NCBI GenBank assembly: GCA_951406725.2 | Contig: OX597833.1 | Location: forward strand, 10,478,001-10,542,000 | Length of the DNA: 64,000 nucleotides | From: Octopus vulgaris | Taxonomy: Eukaryota | Direction of reading: 5' to 3' | Part shown: one piece after another, positions 42,881-54,451 of the stretch | Numbering within the stretch: position 1 is the stretch's first letter | Layout of the letters: each line of letters begins with the position of its first letter | Program-made: the position numbers and the translations under genes | The notes under the pieces: model-generated | What the model saw: only the letters and a program-made list of their open reading frames with translations | Databases searched by the model: none | What the model was told of the DNA's origin: nothing

Positions 42881-42916
<36 letters not shown>

Positions 42917-43708
42917 CATTAATTTTTTTTTAAGGCGGAGAGATGGCAGAATCATTAGCACGCCGTGCAAAATACTTAGCCGCATTTCGTCAGTTTTTAT
43001 ATTCTAGGTTCAAATTCCACCAAGGTCGACTTTGCCTTTCATCCTTTCGGGGTCGATAAATTAAATACCAGTGAAACACCGGGGTCAATGTAATCGACTG
43101 GTCCCCTTCCCCAAAATTTCAGGCCTTGTGTCTATTGTAGAAAGAATTATTATTATTATTATTATTATTATTATCATCATCATTATTATTATTATTATTA
43201 TTATTATTAAAGCAGAGCATGCCATCAAAGTGGCACTGGGGTAAAATATACGAAGCCCAGTATACCCATCATGACTGCCCGTCTGATAAGGGTACACCAG
43301 GCACATGCATCACAACCACATGTGTGCGACATGGTGTCCCCATATCAAGAGAAACAGTGCACGACTTTGCAAGTGGAGCCCAGTTAGAATTTTCTTCTGG
43401 TCAAGTAACCCATCCTGCTCAAGAATGCTTTAAGAATGTTGAATGAAACACCTGTGTTTCCAGAGGTGAATTATTCAAACTCCATAGAATCCCTCTCAAC
43501 ACATGGCTATGATGCTCCCCCACTACTTCTGCTCGTGATCAGAGATGCACATATCGTCAGCCACTAAGGGACATGCTCAACTGGTTAAGGTCAAACAACT
43601 GACAAGCAAATCTGTGGTATTGAGCAGAATATTTGCTGTAGCCCATCTTTTATACCAAGACAAAACAATGTACATGATAACACTTCCAATCAGTTAAGAT
43701 CAGAAGCC

Positions 43709-43929
43709 ATGAAAGCCACTGCCTGGTACTGCATGAAAGCCACTGCCTGGTACTGCATCAGGGCATCGAAAGCCACTGCCTGGTACTGCATCAGGGCATC
43801 GAAAGCCACTGCCTGGTACTGCATCAGGGCATTGAAAGCCACTGCCTGGTACTGCATCAGGGCATTGAAAGCCACTGCCTGGTACTGCATCAGGGCATTG
43901 AAAGCCACTGCCTGGTACTGCATCAGGGC

Positions 43930-43931
<2 letters not shown>
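43709..43931. repeat. 33-bp tandem repeat (6-7 copies) at the end of a dispersed repeat (43440-43931; single-unit copy at 33853-34185)
   Basis: Unit gaaagccactgcctggtactgcatcagggcat(c/t). Confidence 0.9.
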
Positions 43932-43963
<32 letters not shown>

Positions 43964-44307
43964 GCTAGCTGGCAGAATCGTTATCACACCAGTAAAATAT
44001 CCTTAGCAACATTACTTCTTTGTTTTGAGTTCAAATGCTACCGAGGTCGACTTTGCTTTTCATCCTTTCAGGATTGATAAAAAAAAGTACCAGTTGAGTA
44101 CTGGGGGTCAGTCTAATCAAGTATCTCCCTTCCCCATAATTTCAGGACTTGGGCCTAGAGCAGAAAGGAATATTATTGTTGTTGTTGTTGTTGTTATACT
44201 TGTGATCTTTTAATGTTCTGTATGACCTTTCCTCTTGTCACATCCCACATAACTCTGCATTGATTCAGTTTATTGATCGTTGTGTTTGTCTCCCTTCTCT
44301 CTTTCAG

Positions 44308-44397
44308 CATGAAAGATTTCTCAGTGAGTCTGTGGAAAAGGAACCAGATGTTTTATTCCTTGGCGATTCCATATTTCAACATCTCGCTCAGACTGAG
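44308..44397 (+). CDS. PAFAH1B2: PAF-acetylhydrolase IB alpha subunit (PAFAH1B2/3-like), internal coding exon
   Basis: Acceptor tctctctttcag and donor gtaagt; 90 nt, phase 0/0; HERFLSESVEKEPDVLFLGDSIFQHLAQTE has the SGNH block-I GDS motif and resembles human HNRFVLDCKDKEPDVLFVGDSMVQLMQQYE (recalled). Confidence 0.93.
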
Positions 44398-44933
44398 GTA
44401 AGTCATCGCCAAAGAATGGTGACCTAAATGCAAGAAACTTGCTAAGTATTTTTACCCAGCAGGAAGCTAACAATTCTACCAGCTTGGCGTCTTAATAAAA
44501 ATAGTAAGAACAATAATTTAGGAAGACTAATGTAACTATTCACAAAGATAAACCAGCAATAAGAAAAGCACAATGCAATTCATAATAAACAAAGATTGAT
44601 TCTGTTTATTGAATGGAATAAATTAAACAACATTGTAACAGATTGTCCGTCTTCCCTCAAAATGAAGAATGAAAAGAATGCAGGAATACAACAATTCAAA
44701 ATATGAACAGGAATAACTGGTGACGTCATTTTTGTTTGAAACGGAATGCAAGACATTCCTGTTCATATATTGAGATGCCAGATTCTGACATTCCGTTCTT
44801 TGCATTTTTCATTTCTAACCTGAGACAGACAGACAGTCTGTCAAGATAGCGCTTAATTTGGTCAGTTCAATAAATAGAGTCAATCTCTATTTATTACAAA
44901 ATGCATCTTGCTTGTCTAATTATTGAAGGCACA

Positions 44934-45440
44934 AGACCCAGGAAAACCTGGGACGAGGTGGTGAAGCACAACCTTCAAACTTTAGGTCTCACCGAGGAAA
45001 TGACTAGAGACCGAGACCTATGGAAACATGCTGTGCGTGAGAAGACCTGGCAGGACAAGTGAAACCATAACCCGTGGCCTACACCTGGGATGTAGCCAGC
45101 CCACTTATGCATTCCTTTCCTTCTTGGGACACAAAACTCCACTTGTGAAGACCTGTTGAGGCAAGTGAAAATCAAAATCAAAATCGTAATCTATCAACAT
45201 CAATGGAATTTGTAGCCGTGATACCAGTGCTGGTGACACGTAAAAAGCACCATCCGACCATGGCCGTTGCCAGCTTCGTGTGGTCCCCGTGCCGGTGGCA
45301 CGTAAAAAGCACCATCCGATCGTAGCCGTCTGCCAGCCGCGTCTGGCACCTGTGCCGGTGGCACGTAAAAAGCACCTACTACACTCACGGAGTGGTTGGC
45401 GTTAGGAAGGGCATCCAGCTGTAGAAACACTGCCAGATCG
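44934..45440 (+). mobile_element. RTE-clade LINE 3' end (ORF C-terminus + 3' UTR with ~57-bp internal repeats), family C
   Basis: 44934-45062 reads RPRKTWDEVVKHNLQTLGLTEEMTRDRDLWKHAVREKTWQDK*. The same UTR ends in (GAT)n in other copies: 1-610, 1720-2100, 9020-9395, 21237-21980, 29050-29420, 38282-38848, 47402-47780, 56640-57100, 58150-58645. Confidence 0.85.
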
Positions 45441-48310
45441 TCTGTTCATTCTGAGTTCAAATACAGCCAAGGTTGACTTTGCCGTTCATCCTTTTAGGGT
45501 CACTAAAATACGTACCAGCTGAACACATGTAATCAACTTAGCCCCTCCTCTCAAAACTTAATGGCCCTGCACCAGAGTACAGCTCGCATGTCCAGAGTAC
45601 CACTCATGTCTGGAGTGCTGCTCACATACCGAGAGTACTACTCACTGCTATAAACATACCATAAATCACTTTCCAAGTTAACACGGACATCGCTATACAT
45701 TTGGTTGATCTGCAAGTAATAGCAGCCAAATTTTCCTCAAATATTACTAAACCACCTTTATGACTGAATAAAGGTCCCATTCCATCATCCAGACAACTAC
45801 CTGCCTGGTCTATGATTCCTTGATCAGCTTAACAATAACAACAAAAGTCAAAGAGACCCATTGACCATTGGTCAACAATCTCTGACCAACAAAGACCTCT
45901 GGTTCTTTTCTCTTTGCCTCTAACACACCCTCTGTTCATCTCAAATATCTACCAGTGGCGTATGGTGGTTGTTTCAAGCAGGGATATAACAAAAGTTTTT
46001 CATTAAGATTTGTGATAAAATTAATGAGTAAGGTTAATATTTATAATGTATTTACCATTTTTGATAGGTGTGCAGCACGTACCTAGCACACCTGGAATAT
46101 ACACCCTTGATAACTACCCCATTTACTTGGGTATAAATTGCAGTTTTATACTAGACTTTATCTGGGAAAAAAAATGGGGGTGTAAGTTACACACAAGGCA
46201 AAGTGAAAACTATGAGGAGAAAAGATTTTATACGAAGATTTGACTTAACTCTAAGCTTGGGGTGTGACTTGTACACAAGTCAATACAGTAATTGCATACC
46301 CTCTCTCTTCTAACTCTTCCTCACATTGCCCTCTCCTTGTATTCTTTTCTCTCTCTCTCTCTCTCTCTCTCTCCCTCCCTCTCAAGCAGTGGTGGTGGGG
46401 AGGACAAACACAGACACACAAACACACACAGACACACAATGAGCTTCTTTCAGTTTCCGTCTACCAAATCCACTCACAAGGCTTTGGTCAGCCCAAGGCT
46501 ATAATAGAAGACACTTGCCCAAGGTGCCACGCAGTGGGACTGAACCCAGAACCATGTGGTTGGTAAACAAGCTACTTACCACACAGTCACACAATGAGCT
46601 TCTTTCAGTTTCCATCTACCAAATCCACTCACAAGGCTTTGGTCAGCCTAAGGCTATAATAGAAGACACTTGCCCAAGGTGCCACACAGTGGGACTGAAC
46701 CTGAAACCATATGGTTGAGAAGCAAGTTTCTTACCACACAGCCACCAAGTTCGTTTGTTTTTTTTCTTTTTTTTTTTTGGCATTTATAGATTCCCATAGA
46801 ATTCCTATAAACCTTGTACTCAATTCTTTGTGCTCTTGTTCTTCCCTTCATGAACTGCAGTCTTCTGTGGCCCCATCCTTAACCATATTTTTCTCAATAG
46901 GCACCAACCTACAGGTGTTTGAACCAAGCATCAGCCTCGCCAGTCTGAGAAGCCCTGCAACGAGTATTACCATTATTCCTTCCCTGATTAGTCGATTTTT
47001 ATTCATTTATTTATCTGAGTAACTGATAGATCAATAAATCCAGAGAATACCAGCCCAAGAAACTTAATAGCTTTTTAATCACAGCCAGTCAAATGACAAG
47101 GTTACGATTAATAAAACATCGACGATGGAGCATCTGTTTTTATTTATGAGAAAAATAAAATGGAACAGAAATACAAAGCTTATTGATTTTTTTGACTGGA
47201 AAAAGTTTTTTTCAACACAAAAAGAATGAAAATATTGATTTTTTTTTTCTTTTTGTATTTTTGTACAAATATAAAAGAATTTAATTTAAAAGAAATATGG
47301 CAAGAAAAATATTGATTTATTAAAAACATGGAAAAGAAATTAAACATTATAAAGAATTCTATGAAAAACTATAAATGACAAGGAAAAAAAACTTGAAACC
47401 ATCATCATCACTTTAACATCCATTGTCCATGCTGGCATGGGTTGGATGCTTTGACCAGGGCTGATAAGCTGAGGGGCTGCACCAGGCTCCAGTCTGATTT
47501 GGCAGGGTTTCTATGGCTGGATGCCTTTCCTAACACACCAACCACTTTACAGAGTGGAATGGGTGCTTTTACGAGGGTCCAGTGGAGGTACCAGTTACGT
47601 GACCCTGGCATCGGCCATGACTGATGTCACTTGGCTCGATGGGTCCTCGGCTCAAGCACAACATGTTGCCAAAGGTCTTGGTCATTGGTCATTGCCCTCT
47701 GTGAGGCCCAACATTCAAAGATCATGCTTCACCACTTCGTCCCCTGTCTTCCTGGGTCTACCTCTCCCACAGTTCCCCAGCACTTCTTTACACACACAGA
47801 CACAACCCCCCCCCAAAAAAAAAACAATGCGTGTGTGTGTTTGTGTGTCTGTGTCTGTTCCCCTAGCATTGCTTGACAACCGATGCTGGTGTGTTTATGT
47901 CCCTGTAACTTACCGGTTTGGCAAAAAGAGACCGATAGAATAAGTACTGGGTTACAAAGAATAAGTCCTGGGGTCGAGTTGCTCGACTAAAGGCGGTGCT
48001 CCAGCATGGCCGCAGTCAAATGACTGAAACAAGTTACTTTCTCTTGATTCGCTGAGAAGCAATGAATTACAGAACTTGGTATTTAAATGTACTCTTTTTA
48101 CTCTCTTTTACTTGTTTCAGTCATTTGACTGCGGCCATGCTGGAGCACCGCCTTTAGTCGAGCAAATCGACCCCGGGACTTATTCTTTGTAAGCCCAGTA
48201 CTTATTCTATCGGTCTCTTTTGCCGAACCGCTAAGTGACGGGGGACGTAAACACACCAGCATCGGTTGTCAAGCAATGCTAGAGGGACAAACACAGACAC
48301 ACAAACATAT

Positions 48311-48350
<40 letters not shown>

Positions 48351-48974
48351 CATCATCATCATCATCATCATTTAACGTCCGTTCTCCATGCTAGCATGGG
48401 TTGGACGGTTCAACCGGGGATCTGGGAAGCCAGAAGGCTGCCCCAGGCTCCAGTCTTATCTGGCAATGTTTCTACAGCTGGATGCCCTTCCTAACGCCAA
48501 CCACTCCGTGAGTGTAGTGGGTGCTTTTTACGTGCCACCTGCACAGGTGCCAGGCGAGGCTGGCAACGGCCAAGGTCGGATTGGTGCATTTTACGTGCCA
48601 TCGGCACGGAAGCCATATATATATATATACATACTTCGGGCTTCTTTCAGTTTCCGTCTACCTAATCCACTCACAAGGCTTTGGTCGGCCCGAGACTATA
48701 GCAGAAGACACTTGCGCAAGATGCCACGTGTGGGACTGAACCCGGAACCATGTGGTTGGTTAGCAAGCTACTTACCACACAGCCACTCCTGCACCTGTAG
48801 ATTATTTTTAATACATCACAACTGAACTGTTCGTAATTTCCTGTACTCCAAATTCCACATTTTTTCTGCTCTTTCAGCTGGTAATCCAACTCTGTTGCTT
48901 CTTAAATTATCTGATGTTTGAATATGTATTGAAATATTATATGAAAGCTATCAAGAAATGCTTATCTCCATATT

Positions 48975-49015
<41 letters not shown>

Positions 49016-49020
49016 TTATT

Positions 49021-49492
49021 AATAAATATAAGGGTAGCAGAAAATTCTAGAAAATATTCTCCGCTACCAGCGGTCCAGTGAGAAAGAAAAGATAGTCAAA
49101 GACTATATAATATACATTCAAAAATATAAGGAATGGCCATAATAGGACATTCGACTCACTAGAAAGAGCAGCCAAATTCAAACCGCTAATTAGTTGTAAT
49201 TCTGAAACCGAAAGAGAAATAAAAACGTTTACCCTTCCATCTCTGGACTATGCATAGTTTCGGCAAACTTTAGTAAACAAATTAATTAAATTAATTTCTC
49301 TTTCGGTTTCAGAATTACAACTATTAGCGGTTTGAGTTTGGCTGCTCTTTCTAGTGAGTCGAATGTCCTATTATGGCCATTCCTTATATCTTTGAATGTA
49401 TATTATATAGTCTTTGACTATCTTTCCTTTCTCACTGGACCGCTGGTAGCGGAGAATATTTTCTAGAATTTTCTGCTACCCTTATATTTATT
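49021..49492. mobile_element. Inverted-repeat (tail-to-tail) Penelope-like pseudo-LTR insertion in (TA)n
   Basis: ~200-bp arms 49021-49220 and 49294-49492; the spacer carries a hammerhead 3' half (minus: GAAA-ctatgcatag-TC); arms are homologous to the 50564 repeat. Confidence 0.75.
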
Positions 49493-50039
49493 ATTAAATA
49501 TATATATATATATATATGTAATAGGCGCAGGAGTGGCTGTGTGGTAAGTAGCTTGCTAACCAACCACATGGTTCCAGGTTCAGTCCCACTGCGTGGCATC
49601 TTGGGCAAGTGTCTTCTGCTATAGCCCCGGGTCGACCAATGCCTTGTGAGTGGATTTGGTAGACGGAAACTGAAAGAAGCCTGTCGTATATATATATATA
49701 TATATATATATGGGGCGGGGGTTGTCACCCAAGCATTGCTTGACAACCGATGCTGGTGTGTTTACGTCCCCGTCACTTAGCAGTTCGGCAAAAGAGACCA
49801 ATAGAATAAGTATTGGGCTTACAAAGAATAAGTCCCGGGGTCGATTTGATCGACTAAAGGCGGTGCTCCAGCATGGCCGCAGTCAAATGACTGAAACAAG
49901 TAAAAAAAAAAAAAAAAATGAAAAAGAGATGGCCAAAGGATACTTATAAGAACAGCTGTTTGAAGATCACGTATTCCTTCTCATTCCTTGTTCTCAGGAA
50001 TCACATTTCTTATACCATTTTTGCATTTTTCTATTACAA

Positions 50040-50215
50040 ACTAGCACTATGACTATGGATATTAGCCAACCATCTTGTTCTTGGTCTGCCTCTAGGACTT
50101 CTGCCATTTGGTTCAGCTTGAAGAAAATCCACCTTGCGATTCTTTCCTGCGACATTTTGATCACGTGTCTATGGTACTGTAGTACCAACGCAGAGAAATC
50201 ACTGCTTGAAATGGA
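50040..50215 (-). mobile_element. Decayed RTE-like LINE C-terminus
   Basis: HVIKMSQERIARWIF then, frameshifted, PNGRSPRGRPRTRWLANI; related fragment near 53860-53970. Confidence 0.65.
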
Positions 50216-50553
50216 CAGACACCCTGAACTACTCAAAGCTATGCACCCCGTCAAGTAACTTTACTTCAGGAACCCCTTGAAGGAACCCCAGTTTAGCCAC
50301 TTGTGTTTGCATTCCTGTTTTTTTTATCTATCACTAGAACTATGACCCGGCAACACCGGGTTATAGTGCTAGTGCATGCATATACAGCTGCGTGCGTGCG
50401 CACATACACACGAGTACTGTGCAAATCTACGACCAATTACATACAGCTAGTTGGCATTCAATTGGCGTATCAAGTTTCAGGTATTTTGATTGGGTTTTGG
50501 ATAGAAAATTCACAAAAGGCGCAGGAGTGGCTGTGTTGTAAGGAGTGGCTGTG

Positions 50554-51308
50554 TTATACGATACGGTATATCGTATAAGAAATTACAGGGTAAATGTTTT
50601 TTAAATTTTCTCCTGGTTTACTGAATTAACTTTTATTTGCGGTTGAAGCTTTGGCTGTTATTTCTAGTGGGTGAATGGCCTATTATGGCCGTTCCTTTAT
50701 TGTTGATGTTGAACTTAAAAATGGTCTATGACTATTTTAATTTTTTCCTACTAGGCCGCTGGTGGCAAAAGAATTCTACAAAATTTTTTTTGCCACCCTA
50801 TATTGATTAATTATGAATTTTCTGGTTAATTCCGTAATGGAATCGACGGCTTATATTTATTTGCTGCCGATAAATTTGGCGCGAGTGTGACGATTTGAAA
50901 ATTTTAGGTCAGATATTAACTTGGCAACGTCGGAAATGCCTCGTGAAAATATCTGTTCCGTCTTGGGCTATTTCTTACTGAAGAATCTGAGGGCCTGTGG
51001 AAGATTGGCTTGATTTAATTTAATCAGGTTAGTTTACCATTAATCAGCAGATGAAACGGTATATCGTATAAGAAATTACAGGGTAAATGTTTTTTAAATT
51101 TTCTCCTGGTTTACTGAATTAACTTTTATTTGCGGTTGAAGCTTTGGCTGTTATTTCTAGTGGGTGAATGGCCTATTATGGCCGTTCCTTTATTGTTGAT
51201 GTTGAACTTAAAAATGGTCTATGACTATTTTAATTTTTTCCTACTAGGCCGCTGGTGGCAAAAGAATTCTACAAAATTTTTTTTGCCACCCTATATTGAT
51301 TAATTATG
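50554..51308 (+). mobile_element. Penelope pseudo-LTR/retrozyme-like non-coding element, 493-nt unit with 252-nt direct repeat
   Basis: 50564-50815 repeats at 51057-51308; contains a hammerhead; short inverted 5' tag (tatacgata); 3' end runs into (TA)n. Confidence 0.75.
50971..51075 (+). ncRNA. Type-I hammerhead ribozyme with extended stem II
   Basis: tttctta-CTGAAGA-atctg...(gattggcttgatt/aatcaggttagtt)...cagat-GAAA-cggtatatcg-TA-taagaaa; 7-bp stem I; predicted cleavage after A51068. Confidence 0.82.
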
Positions 51309-51764
51309 TATATATATATATATGCGTTTGTGTGTCTGTGTGTGTCCCCCTAGCATTGCTTGACAACCGATGCTGGTGTGTTTATGTCCCCGTTACTTAG
51401 CGGTTCAGCAAAAGAGACCGATAGAATAAGTAAATAAGTACTGGGCTTACAAAAAGAATAAGTCCCGGGGTCGAGTTGCTCGATTAAAGGCGGTGCTCCA
51501 GCATGGCCGTAGTCAAATGACTGAAACAAGTAAAAGAGAAAAAGAGAGAGTAAAGAGTAAACTGAAGACAATTGGTTCCAGAAACAAAAGGGAGAGAACC
51601 CTAATGCTCACTTTACACCACATTACACCATCAAGGGTCATAGTTAATTTTATTCTTTAGATGCTTTTACATATAAATGCATAGAAAATTCAAATGTCAT
51701 TCAAAGGGAAGTCACTCTGAAAATTGTTGTTCTCTTCCAAAATTCTGTTTACTCTTACTCTTAC

Positions 51765-52548
51765 TCTTTTACTTGTTTCAGTCATTTGACTGCGGCCATG
51801 CTGGAGCACCGCCTTTAGTCGAGCAAATCGACCCCGGGACTTATTCTTTTGTAAGCCCAGTACTTATTCTATCGGTCTCTTTTGCCGAACCGCTAAGTTA
51901 CGGGGACATAAACACACCAGCATCGGTTGTCAAGCAATGCTAGGGGGACAAACACAGACACACACACACGCACATATATATATACATATACATATATACG
52001 ACGGGCTTCTTTTCAGTTTCCGTCTACCAAATCCACTCACAAGACTTTGGTCGGGCCGAGGCTATAGTAGAAGACACTTGCCCAAGATTCCACGCAGTGG
52101 GACTGAACCCGTAACCATGTGGTTCGTTAGCAAGCTACTTACCACACAGCCACTCCTGCGCCTATAAATATATATATATATATACATATATACGACTGGC
52201 TTCTTTCAGTTTCCGTCTACCAAATCCACTCACAAGGCTTTGGTCGGGCCGAGGCTATAGCAGAAGACACTTGCCCAAGATGCCACGCAGTGGGACTGAA
52301 CCCGTAACCATGTGGTTCGTTAGCAAGCTACTTACCACACAGCCACTCCTGCGCCTATAAATATATATATATATACATATATACGACAGGCTTCTTTCAG
52401 TTTCCGTCTACCAAATCCACTCACAAGGCTTTGGTCGGGCCGAGGCTATAGTAGAAGACACTTGCCCAAGATTCCACGCAGTGGGACTGAACCCAGAACC
52501 ATGTGGTTGGTAAACAAGCTACTTACCACACAGCCACTCCTGCGCCTA
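51765..52548 (-). mobile_element. SINE A with triplicated 5' half
   Basis: One full copy plus two extra head-to-tail copies of the tRNA-like half (52192-52357, 52383-52548) separated by (TA)n. Confidence 0.85.
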
Positions 52549-52752
52549 TTTGTTTCAACCCTTTTTATTTTTTGTGAACGCATTTCAAAACAAATGCTTT
52601 TTTGTCACTGTACTTTTCAAAATTCTAAGAGTCTTCTGCTTATACAGATGTTTAATTCCATGCTTTCCTGTCAAAATGGTCCATAACATATGGGAGCTGT
52701 AGATTTAAGCTTACATGTTTGTTCAGATTTTATACAAGACTAGTCATGTGTC

Positions 52753-53118
52753 TGTAGTGACATCATTCTTCAGTGTGCGGCGTGTGCGGGGCTGGAACCT
52801 TCTGGAAAGGCCTAAGGAAGTTCCCTAAAGCACATGCGCTAAAAAACTGGGAACGAGAATTCTATGGTGTTTGTTGAAGAGAGAAGACGTGTTTAACGTG
52901 TTCTCAGCCTATTCTCCTGTCCCAGACGCTTGGGATTTGACCGGCTCTGTTGCTGCTGGAGTTTTTGTGAGGTTTATCTTTACAAATGTTTAACTTCAGT
53001 CTTGCTGTACCTACACCAAGTGGTTACCAATTTACCTTCTTTATGTAAATAACGAAATAAAGTGTCATATTTTCTAAGGTTGCTTTCTTGTTCCTGACGC
53101 CGGTAGTTTTTGGAAACA
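52753..53118 (+). mobile_element. Possible solo LTR
   Basis: Unique, GC-richer block from tgtagtg to ...aaaca with AATAAA near the 3' end; no TSD seen. Confidence 0.3.
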
Positions 53119-53255
53119 AAGAAGGAAATTGTGTTGCACCCAAACAGTGCAAAATATACAATCTGTTCCAGACAGTTCCTTTACATTTCTTTCAAGTTTT
53201 GAAATCATTAGAGTGCCATTCATGTGGTTGGAATGTCACAGGAAAGGGTTACATA

Positions 53256-53676
53256 AAAGGCGGCAAGCTGGCAGAATCGTTAGCACGCCGGGCGAAATGC
53301 CTAGCGGTATTTCGTCTGCTGCTACGTTCTGAGTTCAAATTCCACCAAGGTTGACTTTGCCTTTCATCCTTTTGGGGTCGATTAAATAAGTACCAATTAC
53401 ACACTGGGGTCGATATAATCGACTTAATCAGTATGTCTGTCCTTGTTTGTCCCCTCTGTGTTTAGCCTCTTGTGGGTAGTAAAGAAATAAGTATTTCGTC
53501 TGCCGCTACGTTCTGAGTTCAAATTCCGCCGAGGTTGATTTTACCTTTCATCCTTTCGGGGTCGATTAAATAAGTACCAATTACACACTGGGGGTCGATA
53601 TAATCGGCTTAATCCATGTGTCTGCCCTTATTTGTCTTCTCTGTGTTTAGCCCCTTGTGGGTAGTAAAGAAATAGG
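53256..53676 (+). mobile_element. SINE B dimer
   Basis: Head plus two monomers; TSD ggaaagggttaca on both sides. Confidence 0.88.
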
Positions 53677-54009
53677 AAAGGGTTACAAGACGGATTCTTC
53701 AAGCCAGGCCAACTAGCAGGACACCCAGGGCTAGGCCTTGGGTGAGATGATTAGATGATGGCCATAATCTCAGTTGGTCATGCTTGGGGAATCCAACAAA
53801 AATGTGTAACATCCATCCATCCATTCATCTTCTCCACCCCCTTCCATTGCTGGGAGGATATGGCCGTAGAATCCTCTGGCTCCTCCCACATAGGGTCCAA
53901 TTTGAAACAATTCTTATTAGACTTTCTAACTGGATACCCAAGCACGGATATTAGCCAACCATCTTGTCACACTCTGTATCATACTAAATCTCCGTGAGAA
54001 CTATGCTAA

Positions 54010-54231
54010 CCCTTTTGTTACCATATTTCTGTTGAGATGCTCTGTGTTTCTTTCAATTAATTCTAAATATAACAAAGTATTTAGTAAAATAACTTAGTTA
54101 TCATTAAACTAGTGTTAGGAACATAAATTGTGACTAAGGTTTGGTGGAAGATTTCAATTCAAAACTTAGGAAAACAAGACATTTGTACAACAGCACCAGA
54201 GGCAGTTTCAGCCAGGTTGGCATCAAAAGGG
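54010..54231. mobile_element. piggyBac-like MITE
   Basis: ctaa|ccctttt ... aaaaggg|ttaa; second copy at 60452-60672. Confidence 0.75.
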
Positions 54232-54451
54232 TTAAGGGTACGCATGTTTGTGGAGTGCTCCGCTATATGCATGTTACTTTCATGGGCAGACTGGTCTGTT
54301 GATCAGATCAACTGGAACCCTCATAAAGGACAGAGTGACAGCTTTACTCATTATTCATGATTGTGAGTGATGATAGCATGCAGCAAAAATGGACGGATAA
54401 GTTATTCTCTGTCTCTCCTTCTCTATTTCTTTCCATCTTCTTTCTCATTAC

